From contig PCXB01000050.1 in the NCBI GenBank assembly GCA_002787535.1, positions 8,205 through 72,204 of the forward strand: a DNA stretch of 64,000 nucleotides. The letters run 5' to 3'. Of this stretch, positions 26,674-35,502 are shown in pieces. This DNA comes from Deltaproteobacteria bacterium CG11_big_fil_rev_8_21_14_0_20_45_16. GTDB taxonomy: Bacteria > Bdellovibrionota > UBA2394. Under the pieces are notes generated by a model that saw nothing but the letters and a program-made list of their open reading frames with translations, made no database searches and was not told the DNA's origin. Numbering within the stretch: the stretch's first letter is position 1; every line of letters begins with the position of its first letter. The position numbers and the translations under genes are program-made.

Positions 26674-27395
26674 TAGTGCCTTTTTGTAAGCTGCAGGAAT
26701 CTAAAACTTAGCGCCGCCGAGGCCGTCAGAAGTCCAATGGCAAGACCAACCCAGATTCCGATGGCTCCGAGGCTTGTGTGAAAGCCAAGATAGTAGCAAA
26801 GAGGTAAGGCCCAGAAGCTATAATTAAATAAGCTAATCAGTGTTGGCATTCGAATATCAGAAATTCCACGCAAGCATCCCAGGCTGATCACTTGAACCCC
26901 ATCAAAAATTTGAAAAATGGCAGCGACGATCATAAAGTCACCAGCAATATTCAGGATTGCTGAGTCATTTGTATAGATGGCGGGGAGGCTTCGATGGCCA
27001 AAGGCAAAAATTATTCCAAATAATCCCATGCTTAAAATTCCAAGTAGGAGAGCACTAAGGCCTTCGCGCCTCGCTTCGCGAATTTGCTTTCGTCCGAAGG
27101 CCATGCCAACAAGGATAGTGGCGGCAAAAGAAATTCCGAGTGCAAACATAAAGGTTGTGGCGGCCATACTCAGAGCAATCTGATGGGCAGCAAGTTCGTT
27201 AACACCAATCCATCCCATCATCACGGCAGCCATAGCAAAAGTGCCTACTTCGAAGAGTCCTTGAAAGCCGCTTGGAAAGCCAATCTTAATCGCGGACTTA
27301 AATAGCCCAGCTTGAAATTTTGCCATCCAAGATTTGGGAAAGAAATCTTTAAAGTAAGGATTTTTGAAAATAAGCCAGGCAAGGCCGACGAACAT
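26670..27395 (-). pseudogene. MATE-family efflux transporter, C-terminal half only (5'-truncated by mobile element insertion)
   Basis: The 241 aa product has six TM helices typical of the second MATE lobe. The reading frame stays open upstream of the Met right into the left inverted repeat (stop inside the repeat at 27411-13), and no N-terminal half exists upstream. Confidence 0.6.
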
Positions 27396-27406
27396 CAGAC
27401 ATAGAT

Positions 27407-28232
27407 GGGGTCAGGGCGGTTAAGTGCCAGGTAATCTTATATATGAGCTTTCCGGAAAGTTGCATAGATTTTCGGTTTATGGATGAAAAAGTGGATCAAC
27501 ATCCTGAATTGCCCGGCATTGGGGTGGGATTGCGAATTGCATTATGTTCTCAGATAATGTCACGAACAAGACGCCTCGAAATGCCTGGCGCCTACTATCA
27601 TATAATGAACCGTGGTCTTGCCAAGCAAACCATTGTTTTTGATCACGCCGATTTCGATTACTTTACTAAGGGCTTGAAGGAGATTTCAGAACTCTACGAC
27701 GTAGAGATTTTTGCCTATTGTTTGATGAGTAACCATTATCATCTGCTGATTAGAACGCGCATACCCAACTTATCACGGGCGATGCGCCACTTTGGTCATA
27801 CTTTTACGCAACGAGTCAATCTACGTGTTAAACGAGACGGCCCACTTTTTCGTGGGCGATTCAAGTCGCTATTGGTTTGTGATGATTCTTATTTGCTTCA
27901 ATTAGTCCGCTATATTCATCGTAATCCCGTGAAGGCCGGAATTGTTGAGAGAGTCCGAGACTATGAATGGTCGAGTGCTTTAGGCTATGAAAGCCCCAGT
28001 TTTCCAGTATGGCTCTCGCGAGATGAAATTCTTAGCAGATTCAATAGTAACAGGAAGTCAGCTTCCAAGGCTTATTGTGAGTTTGTTGAAAACGAGAGCT
28101 CGGGGGAGCTTGAAGCTTTTTATTCACGTCAAAGGCTCGGAGATCGCTTAACGGAAGAACGAATTCTTCGTGCTCATGAAAATGCAATTAAAGAAGGTCG
28201 GAGCTTACCTGGCACTTAACCGCCCTGACCCC
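27407..28232 (+). mobile_element. 826-bp element: RAYT/IS200-like Y1 transposase gene flanked by perfect 27-bp inverted repeats
   Basis: Left repeat GGGGTCAGGGCGGTTAAGTGCCAGGTA (27407-27433) and right repeat TACCTGGCACTTAACCGCCCTGACCCC (28206-28232) are exact reverse complements. No target-site duplication is visible. The element disrupts the MATE gene on one side and supplies the last 14 codons of the hydrolase gene on the other. Confidence 0.75.
27557..28219 (+). CDS. Y1 HUH tyrosine transposase, IS200-like / REP-associated (RAYT-like)
   Basis: YYHIMNRG...CLMSNHYHLLIRT holds the HUH motif HYH. VRYIHRNPVKAGIV matches the YIHxNPVKxG catalytic-Tyr motif of RAYT/IS200-like proteins. The ORF track starts at 27443, but the family-typical start is MSRTRRLEMPGAYYH at 27557 (in frame). 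Confidence 0.7.
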   Translation: MSRTRRLEMPGAYYHIMNRGLAKQTIVFDHADFDYFTKGLKEISELYDVEIFAYCLMSNHYHLLIRTRIPNLSRAMRHFGHTFTQRVNLRVKRDGPLFRGRFKSLLVCDDSYLLQLVRYIHRNPVKAGIVERVRDYEWSSALGYESPSFPVWLSRDEILSRFNSNRKSASKAYCEFVENESSGELEAFYSRQRLGDRLTEERILRAHENAIKEGRSLPGT

Positions 28233-29447
28233 CAAGCTTGGAAAGTCGGTTGAGTAATCGATTTCGTAGAGACTGGAGCCGCATTGATAGCTAATTTTTT
28301 CGCCACGCTCAAAATCATCTTGCTGCACAAGATGATTTTGGCGTCTTTGAGGGTCGGCGAAGTCCAAGATCAATCCTTTGAAGCTCGTCTCATCGTGTTG
28401 ATCTAAACTTTGATACCCGATGGGGAGTCCTACATTGGAAGTTAAATATTCAAGGTCAAAGCCATTTTCTTTCATAAGTCGAACGAAGACCTCTTTTTCA
28501 GATCGTGGATGCATTTCGTCATCGATTTGCTGTGTCATGACGAAATGCGGTCCGGGGCCCCTAGTTTGCGCTTTCCATTGTTGAATTTGATTCGTATCAA
28601 GTTGAGTTCGAATCATCGCTCTATCGGGAGAAAAATAATTTTGGCTGTTTGGATCTCGTGACCAATAGTTTTCCATGATGAGATGCATTTTGATACTTTC
28701 GTTTTGTACGGTAGCCGCCCAATCACCTTTATGAATCCATTTGAGATAGGGCTTAACCCAACCATAAGAATTAATAATCAGTGAGAATGTATTAGGAGCA
28801 AAGCGAGCACATTGAGTGCTCAAATAGCCCCCATGGCTAATGCCGGCAGCTGTTAACTGGTTCCAATTTGCTTTCGGAAACTTCTCTTTGGCGAGGCGAA
28901 TGGCCCATAGGCAATCTATTGTTTGCATCAGGCCAAAATCATAGTGATCATCAGGAAACCGTTTGCCAATGACGCCCATATATTCTCCGGCTTCCAGATG
29001 ATATTGCTCTCGCAACTTTTTAAGATAATTAACAGTCAAATGAGCTGCCTTTGGACTTTGGAGGACGTCCGCGGGTATGAGAGGTAGACCTAATTCAACC
29101 AATCTTTCATTGGTCATTTTTAGGCAGACTTCGTCAAAAAAGGGAATGCCGTTCAAGTCTCGAAGAATCTTTGTGCCCAGGTAATCCAAGGTGATGACAA
29201 GGGCATTGCATTTGGTGCGAATACTCTCATGAAAAGATTTAAGGTAATCGGAATCCCCGAGTCGCCCAAAACCATGAAGCGCTAGAAGTGGAAAGGTCTC
29301 CGAATTGACGCCATCCGGAGGTTCTGAAATCCATACGGGAAGCTGTTGCCGCTCAACGACTGCAAGCTCGGGCGGTTGTGGAGGGGCGAGCAAGAAGCTA
29401 TGTCGCCCATTGCTAACTTCCTTGTGTTCGATGATTGGGTTCGCCAC
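28188..29447 (-). CDS. Putative alpha/beta-hydrolase (esterase/lipase-like); 3' end now supplied by the mobile element
   Basis: 419 aa with a GISHG nucleophile-elbow (GxSxG) and an LALHGFG oxyanion-like region. The last 14 codons (GVRAVKCQVSSDLL) are encoded by the right inverted repeat of the element, so the native 3' end has been replaced. Confidence 0.5.
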   Translation of the reverse strand: MANPIIEHKEVSNGRHSFLLAPPQPPELAVVERQQLPVWISEPPDGVNSETFPLLALHGFGRLGDSDYLKSFHESIRTKCNALVITLDYLGTKILRDLNGIPFFDEVCLKMTNERLVELGLPLIPADVLQSPKAAHLTVNYLKKLREQYHLEAGEYMGVIGKRFPDDHYDFGLMQTIDCLWAIRLAKEKFPKANWNQLTAAGISHGGYLSTQCARFAPNTFSLIINSYGWVKPYLKWIHKGDWAATVQNESIKMHLIMENYWSRDPNSQNYFSPDRAMIRTQLDTNQIQQWKAQTRGPGPHFVMTQQIDDEMHPRSEKEVFVRLMKENGFDLEYLTSNVGLPIGYQSLDQHDETSFKGLILDFADPQRRQNHLVQQDDFERGEKISYQCGSSLYEIDYSTDFPSLGVRAVKCQVSSDLL

Positions 29448-29558
29448 TCACTCGCAGTCTATACTAACTTTACTAACTTTTTGAATCGGATCTATGCTTT
29501 AAGCAGTGCGACAGCTCGTTCATAGGATGGGAATGAGCTCAAATAAGTCTTTGAAACT

Positions 29559-30797
29559 ATGGGGTTTTTCAGGGCTAAAATAGGCATAGGGCTTGCAAAT
29601 TTTAGAATCGTGATTCGTAGGCTTTCTTCTATCCTTCTGAGTTTAGTTTTAAGTACGTCCGTTTTGGCGCAAACGGAAGACGATAAAAAGTTTGTAATGA
29701 TTCTTAGTGGTCAGGATGAGTCGGCGCCGATTAAGACGCCGAATGTTTGGTCAAAGGCTCTCAGCGAAATTTTATTACATTATGATTTAACTAGAGCTTC
29801 AAAGATTGAAGCTCTTCCCGATCTCCGTGTGCCGGACGGATTGAGTGAAACGAGTCAAAAAAAATTAGAGTACCTTTATAGTGTTTATTTAAAATTTAGG
29901 ACTGAATCGCCAAAATCAAGATGGTTTCTTGAGACAAGACTGCCGGAGCTTATTGGCGATCTTTCAAAGTCTTTTGAGGCCGAGAGAGATTTGAGGCCGG
30001 CCGATGGCTCTCCAGTTCAAGCTTGCCCGCCGGACGCTGGAGGCGTCGAAGATTTTGTGAACGAGGCAACAAGGACCGGCGAAGCCCGTGTTGAAGCAAT
30101 CGATATCGCCGCTTGGAAAAATAACTGGAGCCCGCGAGTTGCTGCCGCGTTTATTCGTCAGAAAATTAAAGATTATTCCTTTGCTTTAAATGCCCCTATT
30201 GTTTCGCGGGAGAGTTCGGGAATGAAGCCCCCTAAAAGTGATATCAATCAATGGGCTCCTAACGCGGCTATACGAAGAATTATCGTTCATCATACGGTTA
30301 CCTCGAATAAACTTACGGCGACTGATATTCAGCAAATGCATTTTGATAACCCGACAGAAAAATACTCCGATGTCGCCTACCACTTTCTGATTGGGGATGA
30401 TGGAAAAATTTATGAAGGTCGAGAACTAAAATATAAGGGGGGTCATTCTGAAAACAATAATGATGACTCTATCGGCATCACCTTTATTCGAAATAGCCAG
30501 TCCTTTGATGCCATCAATAATCCATCGGGTTGGACCGATCCCAAAGACGCGCCCCCTTCCCCTGAAGCCCTTTTGGCCTTTGCGCAGCTTGTTCACTCTT
30601 TAGAAACACCAGGAGCCAAGCTTCATGATCAGCTTGTGAATCAAAATCTTAGAGTCGAATTTCGGCATATCATCGGGCATACTCATACGAAAGCTACGGA
30701 TTGTCCTGGGGATGGATGCTTAGAGGCGGTCAAAGCTTTTGATGATGTTATGATGGTCGAGCCAAAGGCAGCGGCTAAGGAGAAGAAGAAAAAATGA
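29559..30797 (+). CDS. Secreted N-acetylmuramoyl-L-alanine amidase (Amidase_2/PGRP domain) with N-terminal unknown domain
   Basis: The C-terminal domain has ...IIVHHTVTS...DVAYHFLIGDDGKIYEGR...IGHTHTKATDCPG, the zinc-ligand pattern of amidase_2/PGRP. A signal-peptide-like N-terminus is present. Confidence 0.7.
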   Translation: MGFFRAKIGIGLANFRIVIRRLSSILLSLVLSTSVLAQTEDDKKFVMILSGQDESAPIKTPNVWSKALSEILLHYDLTRASKIEALPDLRVPDGLSETSQKKLEYLYSVYLKFRTESPKSRWFLETRLPELIGDLSKSFEAERDLRPADGSPVQACPPDAGGVEDFVNEATRTGEARVEAIDIAAWKNNWSPRVAAAFIRQKIKDYSFALNAPIVSRESSGMKPPKSDINQWAPNAAIRRIIVHHTVTSNKLTATDIQQMHFDNPTEKYSDVAYHFLIGDDGKIYEGRELKYKGGHSENNNDDSIGITFIRNSQSFDAINNPSGWTDPKDAPPSPEALLAFAQLVHSLETPGAKLHDQLVNQNLRVEFRHIIGHTHTKATDCPGDGCLEAVKAFDDVMMVEPKAAAKEKKKK

Positions 30798-31210
30798 AAG
30801 CTTTTGTTGAAAAATTGAGTTTATGTTTTCTCTTGGCGGCGAGTTTTTCTTTGCATGCAAGTGCCTCGAAACCTAAGGAAGAAAAAGAAAGCTTGCAGAA
30901 AACAAAAGTAAAAGTATTTCTAGAGGATTATGCCTCAAAGATCGGCACAGCTTCCAAGGCAGAGATCGCTGTCTATTATACGGAACGTTTGAAAAATATT
31001 TTAGGCCCCAAGCTTTTGGAGAATCTATCTTCCACTAAGGCCTTTGATTCTAAAGAAGTCGAAATTTTGGATTTCAAGGAGAAGGGCGATAGGGTTTTTG
31101 TAAAATGGAATATTAAAGGTCGGGATACTAAGCTTTCAAAATGGTATGTTTTGATTCCGTCTAAGGAAAAGACGCCTTATCAGATCTTCGATATCACCGA
31201 AGATCTCTAA
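30794..31210 (+). CDS. Hypothetical secreted protein
   Basis: 138 aa with signal peptide MKAFVEKLSLCFLLAASFSLHASA. Shares a 4-nt ATGA overlap with the upstream gene. Confidence 0.5.
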   Translation: MKAFVEKLSLCFLLAASFSLHASASKPKEEKESLQKTKVKVFLEDYASKIGTASKAEIAVYYTERLKNILGPKLLENLSSTKAFDSKEVEILDFKEKGDRVFVKWNIKGRDTKLSKWYVLIPSKEKTPYQIFDITEDL

Positions 31211-31230
31211 ATCGCGGAGAAATGAGCCTA

Positions 31231-31259
31231 TTGACGCCATATGTGACGTCAGTTATGCT
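31231..31259 (+). promoter_or_regulatory. Near-consensus sigma70-type promoter (TTGACG-17 nt-TATGCT) with internal TGACGTCA palindrome; would give a leaderless transcript for the NTase gene
   Basis: -35 at 31231-36 and -10 at 31254-59 with 17 nt spacing. The GTG start of the downstream CDS lies 6 nt after the -10. The palindrome TGACGTCA at 31243-50 sits in the spacer. Confidence 0.4.
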
Positions 31260-31264
31260 AAATT

Positions 31265-31672
31265 GTGAATCGGATCGTCATCAAAGAGCTAGTGGATGAA
31301 TTGGTAGATAAACTGCCTGGCGATTGGGTGTTACTAGGAGGCTCGTTGCTATCCTACTTAAATATTTCAGATCGGCAAACTTATGATATCGATCTTGCCC
31401 CCAAGGGAAAAATTTCAAACGATATAACTTTGGCGGCCATGGAGATTGCCTCAAAAAAGGGGATGCCTCCAGAGGCGATCAATTTTTCTGTAGCATACTT
31501 TCTTAAAAAGCAGAGGTCTTGGGAGTCGGAATTGATTTTGATTCGGAAAACCAAATCATCTCGGCTGTTTCGTCCTACAAAGAAACTTTTTCGAAAATTA
31601 AAGGAAGCTAGAGGGACAGAGACAGATATTAGAGACATAGAATTGTACGAATCTGGAGTAGAAGATCGGTGA
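31265..31672 (+). CDS. Minimal AbiEii-like nucleotidyltransferase
   Basis: 135 aa. VLLGGSLLSYLNISDRQTYDIDLAPK carries the same GG...Y...R-x-T-x-DIDL core as the 215-aa NTase at 12077-12724. GTG start. Confidence 0.55.
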   Translation: MNRIVIKELVDELVDKLPGDWVLLGGSLLSYLNISDRQTYDIDLAPKGKISNDITLAAMEIASKKGMPPEAINFSVAYFLKKQRSWESELILIRKTKSSRLFRPTKKLFRKLKEARGTETDIRDIELYESGVEDR

Positions 31673-32205
31673 GGGAGTTTGGCCAATTTTTGAAGGTCTT
31701 GCGAGTTGAAACTGGGCTTTCCCAAAGGGAGCTCGCTAAGTTATCGAAGGTAAGTTTCCGTCAGATTCAGCGGATCGAAAAAGGCCAATGTGACCCAAGT
31801 CTCGGGCTCGCTGACTTGCTTTTCAAACAGTTTCGCGTTGAGCTGAAGCCTCTATATGAAGAGCCAGATTGGGGATTCCTGTCCAGTATCGGGTGGCCAA
31901 TGATTGATTCATATCAGCAGAAGGAAAGGGCTAAGAGAGTGAGCTGGACGAGGGTATCCGGCGAAATAATCTATGCAGCTAAATATATTTTAAGAAATCG
32001 AAATGAATTTTCTGACGACCGTCATTTTGATGCCATGAAAGCCTTATTATTTGCCTTGAAAACGCACTATCCAACGAAGTTCCGAGAACTCGAAGCGATT
32101 CTGGGTCCTAAATTTCTCAAACCCTATGAGCTGGCGGAAATCCGGGGAAGAGATATTAAGCTCCGTAATATTTCATTGGGACGGCTATATAAATACCTTT
32201 CGTAA
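31669..32205 (+). CDS. XRE-family HTH protein with C-terminal domain of unknown function (putative partner of the NTase)
   Basis: 178 aa. The N-terminal LRVETGLSQRELAKLSKVSFRQIQRIEKG is a Cro/C1-type HTH. The GTG start overlaps the NTase stop by 4 nt. Confidence 0.55.
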   Translation: MREFGQFLKVLRVETGLSQRELAKLSKVSFRQIQRIEKGQCDPSLGLADLLFKQFRVELKPLYEEPDWGFLSSIGWPMIDSYQQKERAKRVSWTRVSGEIIYAAKYILRNRNEFSDDRHFDAMKALLFALKTHYPTKFRELEAILGPKFLKPYELAEIRGRDIKLRNISLGRLYKYLS

Positions 32206-32260
32206 ATTCTGGAGAGAAGGCTTGCAAGGTGGATGTTCATAGAGGCATCCTTAGGCTTAT

Positions 32261-32986
32261 ATGGAAGCTTTCGAATGGATTGTTGCTCTACTAACTCTGA
32301 CCGGATTGGAGATTGTTTTGGGAATCGACAATCTTGTAATGATTACGATTCTCACTGAAAAGTTGCCGAAGAATGCGCGATCCAAAGCGCGTCGAGTGGG
32401 CTTGATTTTAGCGTTGATTGGACGAGTTATATTTTTGAGCACAGCAGTTTGGTTAACTAAGCTTACAACTGTGCTTTTTGTTCTTAGTGGTAATGAAGTC
32501 TCAATACGCGATATTGTTTTGGCATCAGGGGGTGTTGCACTTTTAATTAAAGCGACTTTGGAGATCGCCAGTTTTGTTGAAGCGCATGAAACGATTGCAT
32601 CACAACAAGTACATCCGGCTAAGCAGTTTTGGGGCGTGATTATTCAGATTTTCTTCTTTGATTTCTTGTTTTCACTAGATTCAGTGCTAACCGCGATTGG
32701 CTTGACGCAACAACTTCCGATAATGGTTTTATCGGTTATGGTCGCTATCGTGATCATGATCGTGTTCGTTAATAAGATCTCAGACTTTGTAGAGCATAAT
32801 CCTGCTATCAGATTGTTGGCGCTGGCGTTTTTGATTTTGATTGGTGTTCTATTGATTGCGGAGGGCTTTGGCTCGCATGTTGATCGTTCGTACGTTTATT
32901 TCGCGATGTGTTTTTCGCTGGCTATCGAATTGCTCAATCGGCGACGGCAGAAAAAGGTGAATCAGAAGAAAAATGGGACTAGCTAA
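32261..32986 (+). CDS. TerC-family integral membrane protein
   Basis: 241 aa and multi-TM. LEIVLGIDNLVMITIL contains the GIDN motif characteristic of TerC/Alx-family proteins. Confidence 0.65.
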   Translation: MEAFEWIVALLTLTGLEIVLGIDNLVMITILTEKLPKNARSKARRVGLILALIGRVIFLSTAVWLTKLTTVLFVLSGNEVSIRDIVLASGGVALLIKATLEIASFVEAHETIASQQVHPAKQFWGVIIQIFFFDFLFSLDSVLTAIGLTQQLPIMVLSVMVAIVIMIVFVNKISDFVEHNPAIRLLALAFLILIGVLLIAEGFGSHVDRSYVYFAMCFSLAIELLNRRRQKKVNQKKNGTS

Positions 32987-33046
32987 ACCCCATCAAGATT
33001 TATCCCCTTCATCCTCAAGCTGAACTGTATCAATGATACAGTCGGC

Positions 33047-34915
33047 TCAGCTCATTTTGTTCCAAAGTTTGAAGCCTTTTCTTGAATGGCCGATGAATAG
33101 TCCGAAAGTGAGTAGGAAGCCGAAGACTAGGGGGCCGGCCGATGTCGTGTTTTGGCTTTGAAGACTGCAGCCACCACCGCCTCCGGAAGAGTTGCCTGAG
33201 TTGTCGGGATCCGTTCCATCGGCAAAGACAATTCCCGCGTTGGGGCTCGAATTCCAATCTTGAATCGTAATATCTCTTTCCGCAGTAAAGTCTCCATACT
33301 TTGAATCGGAGAGTGTGACCGTAATGGTGTAAGAACCATTTAAATCGGATGGAGTTGTAGGCAAATGCATCGTCATGGTTGCCGAAATCGTGCGCAAGTC
33401 TCCGGTTGGTACAAAATCTGTCCAATCATAAGTTGTCGATCCTTTAAGGGCACTGACGCTTACTTGCGGATTAGAAAAGACTGAAAGATCCGTCGGAATC
33501 GTAAGTTCCACTGTCAGTGGATTGGAGTTTGTAATCGTAGGGACATTGCTTGAATCATCTGGATTGACAGTGAGTGCCGTAGATACCGCATCGTTGGGAG
33601 AGGTAAAGCTGGTCGAAAGGTAAAAATTAATGTCGGTTTCGGCAGGGGCGTCTGAGCTTAGCGTAAACTTGGTTGCTTCTCCTAAGCCGGGCGATGAGCT
33701 TGCATCACCCGTCAAGCGTACATCAGCAACTTGAACGTCAGGATAGGCTTCAACGGCGAAAGTTTTGTAACCTTCGGAGCTGCTCGAAAGGGCCGACGTA
33801 ATTGGTGTATTGTAAACATTGTAAACAAAATTAGAGTGAACATTTGGTCGGTGGACCGGTTCGACAAAGACAATAAACTCCGTGTTAAGAGGAAGTCCTT
33901 TGATTGTATAAGCGCCATCTGGTTCGGATTTTGTTCCGGCCATTCCTGTCATGACCGCGGCCAAGCTCGTTGCAGCTCCTGTCGCAAAGGCTGTTACGTG
34001 AGCACCGCGCTGGGGAGTTCCATCCGCCCGATAAACATAGCCCGATACACTTCCCGAGTAATTACTGGAACTAAAGCTGCCCGATGCCGTATAGAGATTC
34101 ATAATGGAAGCGATGTCGTCTCGAAACAAGTTTTGAATCGCGAGAGAGTGATTCAAACTGCTCACGGCTTGAAACATCGTGGCATAGGTGTTGAAGCCAT
34201 CGCTATCATTGTCGTCATTGACCGGAGAGTGAGCCAGTCCAAGCGCATGGCCCATTTCATGGGTAAGCACTCCTAGAAAGCTAAATTTTGTTGTTGAATT
34301 ACTTGGACTATTGGCATCGATATAATCTTGAGTCAAAAAATCAATGCCCGCATTAGAGTTAAAAAGGATATCAGCATCCACAATCCGAAGTTTTTCGTTT
34401 TGCATTTCCAAACTCAAAATTGTAAAGGCCAGCACCCCGGAGTCCATGCCGTCTCCATTATCGAAGACATTATTAAAAAATATTTCATTTTTTCCATCGT
34501 TCCCGCCGTAGGCCGTTCCCAGATTAGGGCCACAGCCAGAGTTGGCGGTTGCGGTAGCCATCGTCAGGCTTGTGCCGGCCCCCGCGCCTTTCCAGGTCTG
34601 AATGGCCTCATTGATGTCTGCAACAAGTTGGGCTGATTTGCTAGGAGCGCCCATTTCAGTTGATTCAAGGATTCCTGCTGTGCCGTATCCTGTTCCGCCT
34701 GTGCAAATTTTAAAGTTAACGCTTCCACCCCAGGTAGGATTCATAATTTGATCGGAACTCGAGGCGGTAGTTGTGCGAAGCGTCGACCCGTCGGAGCTTA
34801 CAAACTCAGAAAGATAAGCATAGGCCCATAGTTGAGATGGAGCGCTTAACATTAGGATGGCAAATCCAAGCCTCGTAAAACTTGATTTCATTTGCCGATC
34901 GTTTCCTTTACCCAC
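33047..34915 (-). CDS. Secreted metzincin-type zinc metalloprotease with C-terminal Cys-containing sorting-signal-like tail
   Basis: 622 aa with a signal peptide. The zinc site HEMGHALGLAH is an HExxHxxGxxH metzincin motif. The C-terminus reads GGGGGCS, a 10-aa spacer, the hydrophobic helix PLVFGFLLTFGLFIG, then HSRKG. Confidence 0.75.
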   Translation of the reverse strand: MGKGNDRQMKSSFTRLGFAILMLSAPSQLWAYAYLSEFVSSDGSTLRTTTASSSDQIMNPTWGGSVNFKICTGGTGYGTAGILESTEMGAPSKSAQLVADINEAIQTWKGAGAGTSLTMATATANSGCGPNLGTAYGGNDGKNEIFFNNVFDNGDGMDSGVLAFTILSLEMQNEKLRIVDADILFNSNAGIDFLTQDYIDANSPSNSTTKFSFLGVLTHEMGHALGLAHSPVNDDNDSDGFNTYATMFQAVSSLNHSLAIQNLFRDDIASIMNLYTASGSFSSSNYSGSVSGYVYRADGTPQRGAHVTAFATGAATSLAAVMTGMAGTKSEPDGAYTIKGLPLNTEFIVFVEPVHRPNVHSNFVYNVYNTPITSALSSSSEGYKTFAVEAYPDVQVADVRLTGDASSSPGLGEATKFTLSSDAPAETDINFYLSTSFTSPNDAVSTALTVNPDDSSNVPTITNSNPLTVELTIPTDLSVFSNPQVSVSALKGSTTYDWTDFVPTGDLRTISATMTMHLPTTPSDLNGSYTITVTLSDSKYGDFTAERDITIQDWNSSPNAGIVFADGTDPDNSGNSSGGGGGCSLQSQNTTSAGPLVFGFLLTFGLFIGHSRKGFKLWNKMS

Positions 34916-35502
34916 GTGGCATAGTCTTCAAGATTCTGTTTGGTCGTCGTGACTAATCCCTCTGGCGATAGTTTGGGTCGGAAGCGATTTTCGATTTGAT
35001 AACTTTCGGCCGAGGCTTCGAGGGGTTTTATATCCCAGGATTGAATTTCAAAGCTGCCCGGCTCTTTGTCGCTTTTTCGAAGTGACAGAATATAAGCTTC
35101 GCCAACTCTTAGTTCGGGTGCGCCGGGAATCAATGTTCGCAAACTTTCTTTGTGTCCGTCTTCATGGAGCTTTTCGTAGGTGCCACCTGGCCATCGAATC
35201 TTAATGGAAACTTCAAGCGCCCCTTTAAAGCAGCGGATAATTTTGGCGAGACCTTCGCTGGAAACATTCTCACCGGTGAGGTGGGTACTTACTTCGGTCA
35301 TTAAGACCGCGCAATGATAGTCCGCCATTTGAAGTTTTTCTTTTTCGCTCATGGCTCTAAAGCTAGTGGCTTGAGCGTTGGTAAAAAGACTAATGCCAAA
35401 AATCATGGCCAAGCATCGTCCGGCTTGTTTCAAGATAAGTTCCCCCTCTTCAAATAGTATAGCAGAGCTAAAGCGAGGAAATCGCTTTGCCTTTCTTGGC
35501 AA
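34888..35502 (-). CDS. Hypothetical secreted protein
   Basis: 204 aa. An internal Met precedes signal-like MIFGISLFTNAQA. No known motifs. Confidence 0.4.
   Translation of the reverse strand: MPRKAKRFPRFSSAILFEEGELILKQAGRCLAMIFGISLFTNAQATSFRAMSEKEKLQMADYHCAVLMTEVSTHLTGENVSSEGLAKIIRCFKGALEVSIKIRWPGGTYEKLHEDGHKESLRTLIPGAPELRVGEAYILSLRKSDKEPGSFEIQSWDIKPLEASAESYQIENRFRPKLSPEGLVTTTKQNLEDYATWVKETIGK

Noticed and set aside
33030-33425. 131-aa and 70-aa ORFs in alternative frames inside the metalloprotease gene
   Set aside because: They are fully embedded in a well-supported 622-aa CDS with signal peptide and zinc motif. They are frame artefacts.
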